Assembly (NCBI RefSeq): GCF_006345805.1
Contig: NC_043006.1
Location: 60,698,001 to 60,762,000, forward strand
DNA: 64,000 bases
Origin: Octopus sinensis
Lineage: Eukaryota
Direction: 5' to 3'
Shown here: piece after piece, positions 1 through 13,817 of the stretch
Layout of the letters: each line of letters begins with the position of its first letter
How positions within the stretch are numbered: the first letter of the stretch is position 1
Made by a program: the position numbers and the translations under genes
Notes under the pieces: model-generated
What the model was told of the DNA's origin: nothing
What the model saw: the letters and a program-made list of their open reading frames with translations, nothing else
Databases searched by the model: none

Positions 1-4
1 TGTA

Positions 5-95
5 CTTTGAAACCGCAACGCGTTCACTAACAAAACTCCGTGCTGCACCATTTTTGTGAAGTTTTGTCAGTGAACAGGTCGCGGTTTCAAAGCGA
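5..95. repeat. Imperfect hairpin, possible MITE core (window-truncated)
   Basis: ctttgaaaccgc...ttcact-aacaaaact pairs with agttttgt-cagtgaac...gcggtttcaaag around a short loop. Confidence 0.5.
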
Positions 96-300
96 CGAAA
101 ATATTTTGACACAAAAGAAATTTAAATGTTGAAGTGAGACTTACATGTTGTGTGTTCTTGAATGGCTTAAAAGCATCTTCTATGCTGCAATTGTTTTTGT
201 TTCAGCACACGATCTCAGATCAAGTTACTTGCAATGCAGATATATCTCTGTAATTGTTTAAATCACTGTGGCTAAATGCCAGCAATGACCTTACATACAA

Positions 301-319
301 ACATATATATATATATACA

Positions 320-397
<78 letters not shown>

Positions 398-526
398 TAT
401 ATGAGAAAGGCTTTTAATTTATCCTTTTAATTTATCCTTTTATATGTATATATATAATGATGCTAAAAACTACAGTAGCATCCACCCTTAGGGGTTAGCC
501 ATATTGAAATGGCAAAAATACGTCAC

Positions 527-612
<86 letters not shown>

Positions 613-620
613 ATGTATAT
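301..620. repeat. (TA)n microsatellite arrays with short embedded unique inserts
   Basis: Direct reading; the insert gagaaaggct...ttatccttttaatt occurs near 403 and again near 622. Confidence 0.9.
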
Positions 621-1689
621 ATGAGAAAGGCTGAGTTCACTTTTATCCTTTTAATTTGGTGGGTGGGGTTCCAAAGTTAGATTTCTAATAGAGATTCTTC
701 ATATTAAATTGCTGGCTTATTATTGTAAGTATTTTTAAAGTATGAAAATATTACAAGTATAAGGTGTGTTATGAGATTTTATAGAGCACGTATCCTATAT
801 AAACTCAACAAACAAATAAAGGCGGAGAAGAGAAGAAGTTAAAAGTTTTATAAAATTTTAATACATGCATGCGATCGTTTCAGATGGTAACAGCAACATA
901 TAAGAAACATGGAAAAAACTAAATTAATTATAATTGTAGTTAAATAGATTTAATTACGTATTACTATTCTCCTCAGTGCAAAAAGAAGAATACATCAGAA
1001 ATGTAGTATCAGAAGAAAATTATGTTGCTACAGGAGACTATATGGAGTCTGTGTTACATAATTCGTTCTGATATTCAGCAAATGATTATGAAAGCTGAAC
1101 TATAATAACATGTTTAGGTAGTGTTGAGTCTAGTTGTGTAAGAACTAAAACTATATATATATCTTTGTGTATGTGCGCGCGTGTAATCATCTGTGTATTA
1201 TGCTTAATGTTGATACTGGGAATGCAAAAACATTTTCTTGGATATTTTCGATCTGTTGAAATTCTGATGTGATGAATATAGAAACACATGTTTATCTGAC
1301 TTTCTGAAACATATTATTGATTTGTACATACGAAGATTTTGTAAGAAACTCAACGTTAATTGGGCAGACAACTCGCTTTCTTTAGAGGCAGCATGATTCA
1401 CACAAAAGCCTTGTAAATCCGCTGCAGTAATCTTCCGGAGAATGCATCTGTTATGGACGTGTACTCTATTTGGAAACTCAAATATATCAGCAAGAGACAA
1501 TTGCCCAGCAGCAGGGACGAGAGCGAGAGTGTTAAAAGCGTACTCACTTTTACCTCGTTTGACTTCGTAATTAGCTTGTATTCCATACTAACCATACACA
1601 GATAGAAAATGCTGTCGCAATTGATATATGACAACAATAATTGAGCAATTAGCTGGGATGTATTCAACAGAGAAACCATCAGAGATAAC

Positions 1690-2056
1690 CATCAGAGAAA
1701 ATGCTTGTAACATATGATTGGTATGATCAGCCAAAATAGTCACTCTTTGGCTTTAACATTGTCATGTAGAACAAAGGCTAAGCGAATTCCGTGATATGGT
1801 AGCCCAATTGTCACACAGCCACCGCCATAGAAAATCTAGTGTCATCTGTATAATGAACTGCTGGGTCATAATTGAAAGCTGCTTCGCAGTGGAGATACTA
1901 TTCCTTGTCAGTCGTGCATACCTCCTCTGTTCATCACTTTGAGATGCTCTGGCTTTTTGTAGTGCACAGTCTGTTCATTTCTCGGTAAGCTTCCCTTTCT
2001 GCAGCTGTCTCTCTTTCCATGGACAGAGACATTCTCTTGGCTGGCCTGGGCATTAA
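1690..2056 (-). mobile_element. Helitron relic, internally deleted (Rep N-terminal region joined to helicase C-terminal motif)
   Basis: Minus-strand translation with frameshifts gives MPRPAKRMSLSMERETAAERE..RASQSDEQRRYARL..EAAFNYDPAVHY (Helitron N-terminal AFNYDP motif). It is followed by IRLAF.MTM.K, resembling the helicase motif IRLAFSMTINKAQGQT. Confidence 0.5.
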
Positions 2057-3557
2057 AAAACAACAAAACCGTTGCAGAAATAAATTAGAAATTTTTAACG
2101 AAATTAACTAAGTGTACGGATTTAAGCGAAATTTTGAAGTTACTTCGCGGAGAAGACGATATATTCCTAATGTGCTTTTGACCATTTCAGATAATCTAAA
2201 CACCATTTTTACGCTTATCAATTTTGATGGGGGACAGATGTTTAGCAATTGCTGCCCTTTCGTGTTATTAAGCTTTATGGAACTGATAACGAGCGCTTTG
2301 GTTTCACGTACGTTTAACTCTAATCTCACTTTTGCTTTGATCTGCGTCGCTCCTCCTTTATACTATTCTCTCAAACTTTTAAGTATTTTGACATTTGAGA
2401 CCACATAGATTGTTTGCTATTTCAGTTTATCCTTTTCTCAATCTCGTGTCTATCTCTTTTTCTATCTTTTCCTTTTCTTTTCCGGCCATACTACTTCCTT
2501 CTGCCTCTGATATTTAAGACTTACTTTGAAACAATTAAAGACATGCGTATCCCAGCCAGTTAAATATTCATGGTCTGTACTATGATTTGCAGTCGCAACA
2601 ATCTTTTACTTCCTCTGTTTGACTAATTAAAGAATCTAACTTCTAAATTGATCTTGTCAAATGATACACCACAACCATCATCTTCATTTTATTTTCTCTT
2701 CCAGCGGAAACTCTTCCTTCCTTTACAAGCATAGATGCCTCCCACCAAATTTCATTTATCTATTTATAGTGAATTCATTATTTATATATAGATCAAGTTT
2801 ATGATGAAATGAGTAAGGGTCTTACGTCATATAATCAATGTTATATAATGTTATATTACACTGTATAATAAATGTTACATCATTGCCAATATTCGTGTTT
2901 TTCAACTTGTTAAACCATTTGTTAGCCTTATGTTGAAACAGCTGCAACTGGAGAATAAATGTGATACCAATATCTGCATTATTTCTTCGCTTGTTGTTTT
3001 ATAATCTACGACTGAAGGAAATTTCTGAACTTTTTTAGATTGTGTGAAAATAATTCTTTTACTGAAGAATGTCCATTTCTATACATTTTGTGGGACTTTA
3101 TTCACAGGAGTACGGAGGAAGTTAACCGCCTGAATTCCTTAATCTCCAGGTATATTGGCGTATCCTTTAGGGACATTTAAACGTATAATATGGATTAAAT
3201 TTATTGGATTTTACTTTCTAATGTCATTATAATATAGAGTATTAAAAACTCAACTTGTATTAGTTTTTAAAAAATTTCCAGCCTCAGGAAGCCGTTTTCA
3301 AAAATCTACAGTGGATCAGATAAATAGAGAAATTTGATTTACCGTACGGAAACAAAATTAATTAAACGCTTCCTGTTGAAACATATGATGGAAGGGAAAT
3401 TATTCAAATAAAATTATATGCATTCATTATGCTCCAATGAGTTATTGCAGCAATCGTCCCTTTCTCACTATTGTTTTATTGGTGAATCATAAAGGAGCAA
3501 ACCGGCTCTTCCACTAAAAGGCTTTGAGACAGACGCCAAATTTTGAATCCGCTCCCT

Positions 3558-3760
3558 CATTTGTTTCATTAGGCAGTCGTTCAATCTGTACTCTTCTGTG
3601 ACTCTTCAGCGTCGAGACTAAACTAGAAGAAAATCTTGACCGTACATACCCGAGAATGCTTCGTGTATTTTCCAATCTTTCTTGGTAGCAACATCTTAAA
3701 GACTAGTAACTGTAAGGAAGACTTCCAGACATGTCCTCGATAATCAGAGAAAGAAGACCA
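3558..3760 (+). mobile_element. RTE/RTE-X-like LINE fragment, C-terminal to RT
   Basis: Translation HLFH*AVVQSVLF...LEENLDRTYPRMLRVFSNLSW*QH..GRLPDMSSIIRERR resembles the family pattern LDGCYTRMLRAVLNISWRQH..LP.IS..IRERR. Confidence 0.6.
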
Positions 3761-4279
3761 TATTATATATGAAGAAACAAAGATGAAATATCTAGCTATA
3801 TCTTTTGGAAATCCACAAATGGGTATACTGATATTTGCAGGATCATATATATATATCTATTAATTTGTAACTATCGAAGATATAATGATTGGTTGGAAGA
3901 TTGGGACATCCGGCGTGGAAAAATGGCATTGCTCTGAGCATCGATAGACAGGCCATACGTAGATGCATAGGTGCGCGGCTGTTGTACCACGAAAATATGC
4001 CTCCATTCTCATTGTCTTGTTAACATTTGTGAAATTGAACTGACTATATACGTATTGAACTGACTATATACATATTGACGTAACTGCAAGTGAATCTGAC
4101 AAGATGCAAATTTTGTTTGAATCATGTTTGAAGTTATTCTGAATTATTGTATCGTTTGAAGATATCTGAAAGCCATAACAATAGCGTTCTCGTAAAATAC
4201 GGGTTATTATTTTGTTCGTTTCACTGATACACTAGTGAGACACTATTTCAGAATAAAACAGTGAAACGGAGAAAGAATA

Positions 4280-4556
4280 AATATATATGCATGTATATAT
4301 ATGTTTGTATATCTCTATACATATATATATATACATATCTATGTATGTATATGTATATATGCGTATGTGTGTGTATATGAGTATATGTGCATATGTGTAT
4401 ATGTGCGTGTATGTACAAACACATATATATATATATATATACATATACAGACGTACCGACAGACACATAGACCACACACACACATATATATATATATATG
4501 CATATATACGTATAAATATATATACACACTTATGTATATACAATATATATATGCAC

Positions 4557-4598
<42 letters not shown>

Positions 4599-4654
4599 GT
4601 ATGTATATATATATATATAATATATATATATATACGTATGTATATATATATACG

Positions 4655-4689
<35 letters not shown>

Positions 4690-4725
4690 GTATGCATATA
4701 ATATATATGTGTGTGTGTGTGTGTG

Positions 4726-4758
<33 letters not shown>

Positions 4759-4790
4759 CGTGTGTGTGTGTGTGTGTGTGCGTGTTGAAA
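4280..4790. repeat. Compound (TA)n/(TG)n microsatellite
   Basis: Direct reading; explains the overlapping Y/I/V/C-rich ORFs. Confidence 0.95.
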
Positions 4791-5311
4791 GAGACTCAGG
4801 CGTAAACTGAACTACGAATTTAGTTATAATTGTATTTCTCCGGCTCTCCAGATTAACTTGATTTAATATCTCTATGTCTGTATCCAGTTAACTGTCAGGA
4901 CACTCCCAGTTCGGAAATTTAAAAGTAATAAATAAATAAGCAACGTTGTTATGGCTTTAAAATATCTTCGACTTAATCAATATGCGACTCCAAATAACCT
5001 GAAACACCAGCTGAATACCAATTACACCTATGCATGAACGTGCTATAGTGACTAACTGTGTTTTCTATAGACTGACAACTTTGCCGACGCGCCATAAGAA
5101 AACCAATGTGAATTGAAATATTTTTTGTGAATATTGTCTAAAAATATGAGCATATTCTGCATTGTAGTCAAAGATACGAATGTTTCTAGGTAGAGAGTCA
5201 ATTCTCTGGGAACTTTCCAGTGTTCAGTAATAGCAACAACAAAAGAAAAGAGCTTTTTAATATTAATTTATGAGTATTTATGTAATTTAAATATATTTTT
5301 TATTCTTTTAA

Positions 5312-5535
5312 TTCTTTCAGTCATTTGACTGCGGTCATGCAGGAGCATCACCTTTAGTCGAACAAATCCAACCCAGGACTTATTCTTTGCAAGCCTGGTA
5401 CTTATTTATCGGTCTCTTTTGCTGAACCGCTAAGTTACGGGGACGTAAACACACCAACATCGTTTGTCAAGCGATGGTGGGGGGGGGGCAAACACAGACA
5501 AGCCCGAATATATGCATACATCATGTATATACTTA

Positions 5536-5579
<44 letters not shown>

Positions 5580-5628
5580 ATCTATCTACTATCTATCTAT
5601 ATATCTATATATATATATATAATATATA

Positions 5629-5683
<55 letters not shown>

Positions 5684-5725
5684 TATATAATATATATATA
5701 TATATATATATAATATATATATATA

Positions 5726-5757
<32 letters not shown>

Positions 5758-5910
5758 CGCCGGGCTTCTTTCAGTTTCCGACTACCAAATCTACTCACAA
5801 GGCTTTGGTCGGCTCGAGGGTACAGTAGAAGACACTTGCCGAAGCTGCCATGCAGTGGGACTGAACCCGGAACCATGTGTTTGGGAAGCAAGCTTTTTAT
5901 CACAGAGTCC
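5312..5910 (-). mobile_element. tRNA-derived SINE (octopus type): head 5758-5910, internal microsatellite, tail 5312-5500
   Basis: Head (catggttccgggttcagtcccactgc...gcaagtgtcttctact) and tail (aaccgctaagttacggggacgtaaacacacc) recur in several copies across the window. Confidence 0.9.
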
Positions 5911-7379
5911 GTCTGCACCTACACAACCTGCGCGTGTTTATGGTTTAATATTGATTTGAAGTTAAACAAATTCAGAAGTTCTTTGGCATATTCTTATTTT
6001 GGGGGGCTCTCGACGAATGCAAGTTTATCAGTATACAGTTATAATGATCAGCTTTGCTATATTTCGGCATCCTGCATTCGACAGGGGGATTTGTCCAGAC
6101 GAATGTGTCCCTTCCACCACAGATGAACGTCTTTGCTTTGGATTTAATTGCAGTGCTTTTTTCCCAAGCTAAAATTCCCCATCTGCGCACGCCACGTTTA
6201 CAAATGATAGCAACGGCATGCTCACTGAACTGACTGAGCTTGACCGCTAACAGTTTGTTGCCTTTCCATCCACCCAGCATCTATTGATTATTTGCCAATA
6301 ATTCAGTAATTTAATTTGCCAGAATAGTTCATATTCATCATGCTGCAATCCATGATTTCATCGTAACTTAGCTTTAGTAGTTCATGCTATTTAATACATG
6401 GCAGGGATCATTACAGGTGCTAATATTCCGGCTCAGTGTAGACCTGGGAACAGTGGTGGTTTACAAGTAGGTCTCCAATCCGCAAAAACCCTGGAATTCC
6501 CGAGCTAGTGTTCCGCTACCGGATGCAGTTTAGATTCATTCCGAAGACACGAGTTTAATAGTGGTTATTGCTATAGTAATTATTCTCTTAGATTTTTTCT
6601 ATGTTTTACTTTTCAATTTTCGTCACTTGACTGTTATTTAAAATATTGCAGTGATACAGAGAAAGGAATAAAATTAGAAAATTATCATGAAAGATGCACG
6701 CATGACCGCGTTTAAAGTCACACACAAACCATCTTTTTCTCTTTCATACATATATACAAATGCAGCCAAAATTTAATGGCCAACATTAATCGCCATTACT
6801 GCATTGGTCGCCTACAGCCCCGTGTGAATCGAACATTCACAAAGAAGCAAAGTTATTTTTTTTTCCTTTCTGAATATATGTTATGACAACATTTACAATC
6901 GTTGGCGATGCAGCTGTTATATTTTAAGCCCAAGTAGGTCTACATAGAGAAGATCTTCGAACATAGAAATTCAAGCCATTACGATACTGACATTTTCACT
7001 TCACGAATATTGCAAACTGTTTTCTATTATCTAATGTGTGAATTTATATAAGACGGGAGAGTATGGGCAAGGTGGTTTCCGGTGTTATTCGTAGCTAGTG
7101 GTAAGGAAAACGCTCTTATGTTACTGCGATATGCGTTTTGTCAGGAAACTTGGTAAATTGCTTTGATGTCTTTGTATCGATTGAATAATAAAACTTTCAA
7201 CTGTTGGAAAAGAAATATGTAACATTGAAGTGACAAAGATATATTAATTCCCAGGATAATAGTAATATATAGTCTTGTTCAGGAACATGTAATTCCTGAT
7301 AGCATAACTTACATTAATGCTGTCATTCTTACACAGCAACTATGAATCTGTTTACAAACGTATTGATTATTTAACATGT

Positions 7380-7463
7380 ATATGCATACATGCCTGTATA
7401 TATGCATCTATATATATACACACGCACACACACACGCACACACACACACACACACACACATAC

Positions 7464-7498
<35 letters not shown>

Positions 7499-7607
7499 TA
7501 TATATATATCTGCATGTAGAAACTTGTGATCAAATGTATACACACAGACACACTGACACACACACTTGCATACACATATATTTATATATGTATACACATA
7601 TTCATAT

Positions 7608-7664
<57 letters not shown>

Positions 7665-7688
7665 GATATATGTATATATTTATATATA

Positions 7689-7732
<44 letters not shown>

Positions 7733-7790
7733 AATATATATAAACATGTACATATGTTTGTGTGCGTGTGTGTGTCTGTGTATGCGTGTA
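7380..7790. repeat. Compound (CA)n/(TA)n/(TG)n microsatellite
   Basis: Direct reading. Confidence 0.95.
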
Positions 7791-9854
7791 AGACCTTGTA
7801 TAACTGCCTACAATCTAACTTATCCGTTATTTTTTTACATTCACTCAATTTTGTTTTACGGCCTTGTATATGAAGTCCCTCCGCGACTATTCACAATTCT
7901 ATTACTACTTCTTTCATTTATTCCCATTCTCCTGTCTGGAAATTCATGTAGAATACCAAACTAGTAATTAGATGATGAAAGAGTTGAATTTTCTAATTAC
8001 TATGATATAGTTTACAACACAACTCTAATGAATTGTTTCTGTCTTAAACAGAACTAAACTGTTTTCTGCCGGTTTCAAGTAGAAGTATTCAGTTATCCGA
8101 TCAACTGACCTTGCTGCTCATTGAATAACCGTGTGACAGAGTATTCCGCAGACATGTGTGTCCTTAACAAAGTTCTCTGTTAGTATTAGCTTGACATAAA
8201 ACTGGAAATTTCAATTGCAGATGCGGTCTACCTAGGCTCGTACACTTGAAAGGGTGTACGGACTTTTTAAACGTCTATAACTATAAATACATGACAGGAC
8301 TGACTTATTTCGTTGTGAAATTGCCTTGTTGTTTCTCAAAATTATTTTCGGTGTTACGTCTTATTTGTATACAGAAATATGTACTATATGGGATATGTGA
8401 CTTTTTCACGGGAGTGATTATATTTGATATACGTTGTGTGAGTTGTGTTGTAGTGTTTGCTGCTCTCTGCGCCGATATAAATCGTCTCATATAGGCTAAT
8501 GGAACTGCAGAGCATGCCTTTTATTAGCAACTCGAGAGATATACATGCTGCATACTTCTAACTGTATGTCACAATCGATAGAGATAGAGAGCTGACTGGC
8601 AAGACAAAAGTTAATTTGGCAGGCTATGCAAAATAATTTGTGAGGGCAATAGTTGAGAAACGATACAAATGTCAGCGCATAGAGAATCATTGCGTTGGTT
8701 ACTTTCTGTATGGTTCCAAGTTATAGTTACCTACAATCGCCACCTACAGCTTATTGAGTGGTTCTCACCGCGCTATCCTCAACATCTACTTAGTAACACT
8801 GAAATCTTCGGAAAGGGAATGTAGACGTCGTTATCAGCGATGTGATGCTGTATGAGTTACATTTCCAGGACGGGGGCGTCCATACCTGCCCATGAAATAC
8901 TACATGACAGACACTCCACATGGCTCTATAACAGAGGGCACGAAAGAAAATAACACAAAGGCATCTTTAGATATGTTTTTAGTACCTGTCACATTGACCA
9001 TCGACAATGGTTTATTATTATCATGTGGTTTGTTGACATACGAAACACAAGTCTGTCTTATCAGAAGGCTACCTTTGAGAAAAGAGGTGAATGAAAAAAC
9101 TGTGGCATAACAGCAGTGAGCCCTGAATCGAATTTTTCTTACAGCTTGTGGCCAAGTCTGTCTCTCCCGTATTGAACCAGGGAACAACCAGCAAACCTTC
9201 CGTCGACGTGGACGTCTTCTACCATAAGCCAATCTATTTGATATTTAAGGTATTTTGCGCAGTGTGTAAGCTGAGGCCAGCAGAGTCTATATTTCGTATT
9301 GTTTGTAGAATTATAACCTCTGATAACTTATTTATGTATTTGTTTGTTCGTATTTGCTGTTGGTGTTAGTTCACGTTCCACATCCTACTTTATTCAATGT
9401 ACACATCTTACAATCTTAATCGTTTCACGACATTTCTCCGAACGATATTATGTTCACAAATAACCATTATAACTGTCAGGCTACATAGATTCTCACTCCC
9501 GTTCTTGACAAGCCTATCTTCAAGATTACTTATCTGCATGTAAGACTTGAGAGGGATATCATAGGTACTTGTGACTTCAGCGTTATCATATAATTTTGTT
9601 GCATATATTATAATTTTCCAAGACGCAGTGGACATAACTGGTGCATCACAATGGTTGTATGGTGTACAGCTGATATTAAAGCTCTCTCCTCATTTAGTTT
9701 TTTCCTAATTTCTTCGTAGATAAGCGTTAATCTCGTAGATAAGCGTCTATTTCGTACTTAAACCATGAATTTTTGGAGTAAGTTTGGTTTTTACAATGAT
9801 CTCAGTCATGTTTCCCGATTACTCCAGTCTGTTTCCCCGCAACTAATACACGCA

Positions 9855-9861
9855 CACACAT

Positions 9862-9902
<41 letters not shown>

Positions 9903-9988
9903 TAGAGAAAGAAAGATAGAACGTGAGGGAGAGAGAAGAGAGAGGAGGAGAGAGAGGGAGAGAGAAAGAGAAGAGAAAGAGAGAGAGA

Positions 9989-10025
<37 letters not shown>
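9855..10025. repeat. (TA)n/(GA)n microsatellite
   Basis: Direct reading. Confidence 0.95.
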
Positions 10026-10029
<4 letters not shown>

Positions 10030-10289
10030 AAGCCATATTTGTTTTTCTTCATGTTTTCTTGTACGAATGAGTTTCCGTTTCATTGATTCTAAGAAATGTT
10101 ATGTTCTCAATATTTCGTAGTAGTACTCCGTTGTTTATAACTAGTCCTATTCTCATTTTGAGACACACACACACACACACACACACATATTTGTTTATTC
10201 AGGTCAGGATGGTGGTTTTTATATGTTTCTGCACGTCTTCTAGGTTTTGTGTCAGGCCTCTTTAATTCATTTAGCTTTAAATTTGTTAT

Positions 10290-11030
10290 TTTGAAGCTAT
10301 AGCTAATAACCGGAGTGGTTTGTGTGTTTATGTCTAACGTTGATCTTAGCTTTTATAGCAGTGTGATTCTTCAAGAGTATTGTTTTCTAATTTTCTCCAC
10401 TCTCTCGTGTTGTCTTCATTCTGTTCTTATTCGCTATTTTCAACGTCTGGTTTCTAAATCAATTTTCTCAATGTAAATTAATTTGAAAGTATTTATAATA
10501 GCTTTGGTTCATTTATCTAATTCGTTGCTCAATTTTATTGTGTTGGTTGAATTCATAAACTACTTTTAGTAGATTCTCCAGCTGGGTGTCGTCCGCTGTA
10601 AATAGTTTGATGTCATCCGTGGAAAGAATGTAATTTATCTATTATTCACAGCCATTGGTGTCTTCGTTAAACTGATTTGTTAATGGAGACAGAAAGATGT
10701 AGATCATTAAAAGTGATAAGTACTATCCCTGTTATAAACGGACTTAATTGTCTTTCATTTTCCTACAGTGAAATGGTTGTTTTCCATTTTGGCATGGCTT
10801 AACAGGACCATTTTCAAATGGAATATCTGAAGAATTTTAGAAACGACGTGTTTTATAAAATACTTTTTATACACAAATCCAAGTTATTACTTATTTTTCT
10901 TCCTGATCTCTTCGATTTTCTTTCCATTCTTTAGAACTAGCGAAATAGAATACATCCATGATCCTCACAGTCCTTTTGAAAGCAGAAACATTGATGACAT
11001 TACCATACTTTCAAATGTTATAATCGATAC
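10290..11030 (-). mobile_element. R4/Dong-like (RLE) non-LTR retrotransposon, decayed RT fragment
   Basis: Minus frame NYILSTDDIKLFTADDTQLENLLKVVYEF matches the RT YxDD region (HLLYMDDLKLFAKND.QL..LL..V.EF). Many stops and frameshifts. Confidence 0.7.
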
Positions 11031-11064
11031 CTGCAGGATAGCCAAGAGCTGATTAATGTTTTGA

Positions 11065-11160
11065 ATTTATTATTATTGTTATCATTCTTCTTCGTCTTCT
11101 TCTTCTTCTTCTTCTTCTTCTTCTTCTTCTTCTTCTTCTTCTTCTTCTTCTTCTTCTTCT

Positions 11161-11191
<31 letters not shown>

Positions 11192-11227
11192 TCTTCGTCT
11201 TCTTCTCTTATTCTTCTTCTTCTTCGT

Positions 11228-11258
<31 letters not shown>

Positions 11259-11297
11259 TTTTTTTATTATTATTATTATCATTATTATTATTATTAT
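11065..11297. repeat. (TTC)n and (TTA)n trinucleotide arrays
   Basis: Direct reading; source of the poly-R/K/F/S ORFs. Confidence 0.95.
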
Positions 11298-11339
11298 TCC
11301 TTTGTAACACAGTGTAGATAAAAATGTCCCGGAGACCTT

Positions 11340-12000
11340 AGTCATCTGCCAAGTCATAACAAGGACTTCAGACAGATAATACTTTCCGTAACATGTGCGC
11401 TGTGCCCAATAAGTCTGCTTTGTGCAAGACATCTATCTTACACTGCATTTCCAGTTGCCTAAAGAAGTCTTGAAGTTTCAATGGGATTGATCCCAATGCT
11501 CCGATCATCACTGGTATCAATTTTACATTACCCTCTCGCATTTCATACATTCTTGCCATTTCTACTTTCAGTTCGGAGTGTTGGTGTTTTTTTCAACCTC
11601 TTTACTCACAAGGTTCATGGCATTTAGTATGGCTCAATCAATGATCTGACAGTATTTGTCTCCCTTATTCAATATGACAATATCCGGCCGACGGTGTTCG
11701 ATTACACGGACAGTCTGAAAATCATAGTCCCAGTGTATCGTTACTTTTCCACCCTCCTGCATAACTTAACTTGGCACATGCTCAAACTAGTTCTCTGTTA
11801 CTTCATGTTGGTATTTACGGCATAATAGTCAATGAAGATACACACACACTTTATCGTGACGGCGCTTTTGTATTCTTTTTGTGCAAGGCTCTCACATCCA
11901 CTTACAATGTGGCTTACATTTTCTACACTTTCCATGGAGTCTACATTTCTGGTTGTTAGATGTTTTATAGATGTTATACTTCACTGAAATGGTAACGAGA
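11340..12000 (-). mobile_element. R4/Dong-like LINE 3' end (CCHC knuckle and restriction-like endonuclease)
   Basis: ENVSHIVSGCESLAQKEY(fs)RHDKVC..VTIHWDYDFQT.RVIEHRRPDIVIL...IPVMIGALGSIP...LLGTAHMLRKVLSV, then an AAT-repeat tail. Confidence 0.85.
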
Positions 12001-12049
12001 GCCTAGTCTAGTGTAGCAATTTTTGGCTCCATTTTCAGGTTTTGTGTCC

Positions 12050-12890
12050 ATTTTCAAGATTTTAGCCCATTTTCAGAAGCTGGACGCTTTCAGTATACAG
12101 CGTATGTCTCCGCTAGTTAGAGTAAATGACCGGCAATTGGGTTTTTTCTCTTCATTTGTGAATGACTAGGTCTTCCTATTTCATTCCATCCTTATGTACT
12201 ATTTTGATCCATGCTATGCAAAGTGGGGATGTTGAAAGGCATTCCATTCGAAGATCACAGGAACAACGTGTCTGCATATGAGGATGACATGGAACACAAG
12301 GCGACCGGTACTCCTTTTAGGGATAATTCGCTTGACTTGCAGTTCCACACAGGGGTAGGCATATCTATACAGTGGGATAACGTTATTAGTCGCCAGGCAG
12401 ACAGGTATGTTATATTGCTTGGGATATGGTTTGTCCCGACACCTAGGTGGAGGGGGAACTGGTACGAGGTTACGAGCAGGGTATTTTGTCTCACTCAGTT
12501 CATGTGTTCATGTGTTACATTGCTTTCAAGTTCTGCAGAATAGGTTTAGAGGTAAGGCTAACAAGTCACCGATGTGCTTCGTTTCCACGGTAAACTTAAC
12601 TCTTCACAGGTGCCCACACTCATCTCTGATGTATGTACTGAGTGTTGAGTCAATGTTACTGAAGTTATATGGATTGAGTGACATACGGTTCGAAGTGGGA
12701 CGAAGACGATCTTTTCATGTGATCACATGCCAACAGTGACGCTGTCCGGTAGTGACACATCTCAGAAATCAAGGCAGTCGGAACCTTACACAGTGGAAAC
12801 AGGAACACACACTATTCAAAATCAGTCTGTACACTTGTAAACGGCACTTAACGAGGTACATTGCCGACACTGTGAGCAGCTGTGGTAGTA
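12050..12890 (+). mobile_element. Tx1/L1-clade LINE fragment (RT and downstream region)
   Basis: LCKVGMLKGIP...VSAYEDD (SAYADD RT motif), then LLGIWF..NW.EVTSRV; decayed. Confidence 0.65.
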
Positions 12891-13738
12891 TCTAGTTAAT
12901 GTGTTTTCGTTCAGAAGCAACTGATCAATTCTTTAACAAAGGAAAAACGAATTATTTTCTCCCACTGATTTAAAACATATGTTAAACGTACATCCATACA
13001 ATAATTTTCTTCTTTCCGCATTTATATAAGAGTGTAAGTTATTTTTGTATGTTTATTTTATTTCCTTTCTGTTATCTACTTTATTTCCATACAAAAGTAA
13101 TTTGATTTTGACACAATGAAAATTGAAAAGTCATTGACAAGTTACAGTAATTCCCATCGCAGTACTGATTACTGACTAAAATGGTTTTGGTCCTCATTTG
13201 GAAACCAAGGGAAGTGAAAGTACAATCTGCGAGGCAGACAAAGACGATATATTGATTAAACTAAATTAACATGATGAATAGTTTTAAAACGACTGATGTG
13301 TTTAACATATTTACAAGCGACAAATTTCCCAATTCAAATTCACGACGATAATCACCCCATAATGTAATAATCATCACACATTAGTCATCAAAAGCGCGTG
13401 TTGGTAATTTAAATACTTTCTGAAAAAAGTGACAGTGTACCTGTTAACATTTCAAAATACTTTCTTTAAAATGTAACACATTCAAATGCTTATGTCATTT
13501 AATGTGCATGAAAACATTTATATATATATAGCATGTATGTATTTTTCAGAAATATATAATTTGAAATAGTATATATATTAGCTTACACGAAGACGTATTA
13601 AATCGTTATTAATGGGTACATATATGCTGTCATATATGCAGTCCACGGTCATTTTCAAAGAGTGTCAATTGTAAGAATGTACATCCATCCATCATCCATC
13701 TATCCACACATACACACACACACGCACATATATGTATG

Positions 13739-13784
<46 letters not shown>

Positions 13785-13817
13785 ATACATATTACATATG
13801 TATGTATGTATATATGT

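Noticed and set aside
865-905. GAAA-cgatcg-CA on minus
   Set aside because: Palindromic stem III-like segment but no recognisable CUGANGA.
1204-1500. Minus-strand ORF with a possible 68-nt GT-AG intron at 1264-1331
   Set aside because: The spliced product stops after 25 codons, no family is recognised, and it lies beside a Helitron relic.
3108-3149. 42-nt possible exon (STEEVNRLNSLIS)
   Set aside because: Too short, weak acceptor, and not phase-linked to other candidates.
10820-10855. CTGAAGA-atttta-GAAAC
   Set aside because: GUG is not a valid cleavage triplet, there are no stems, and it is antisense to RT coding sequence.
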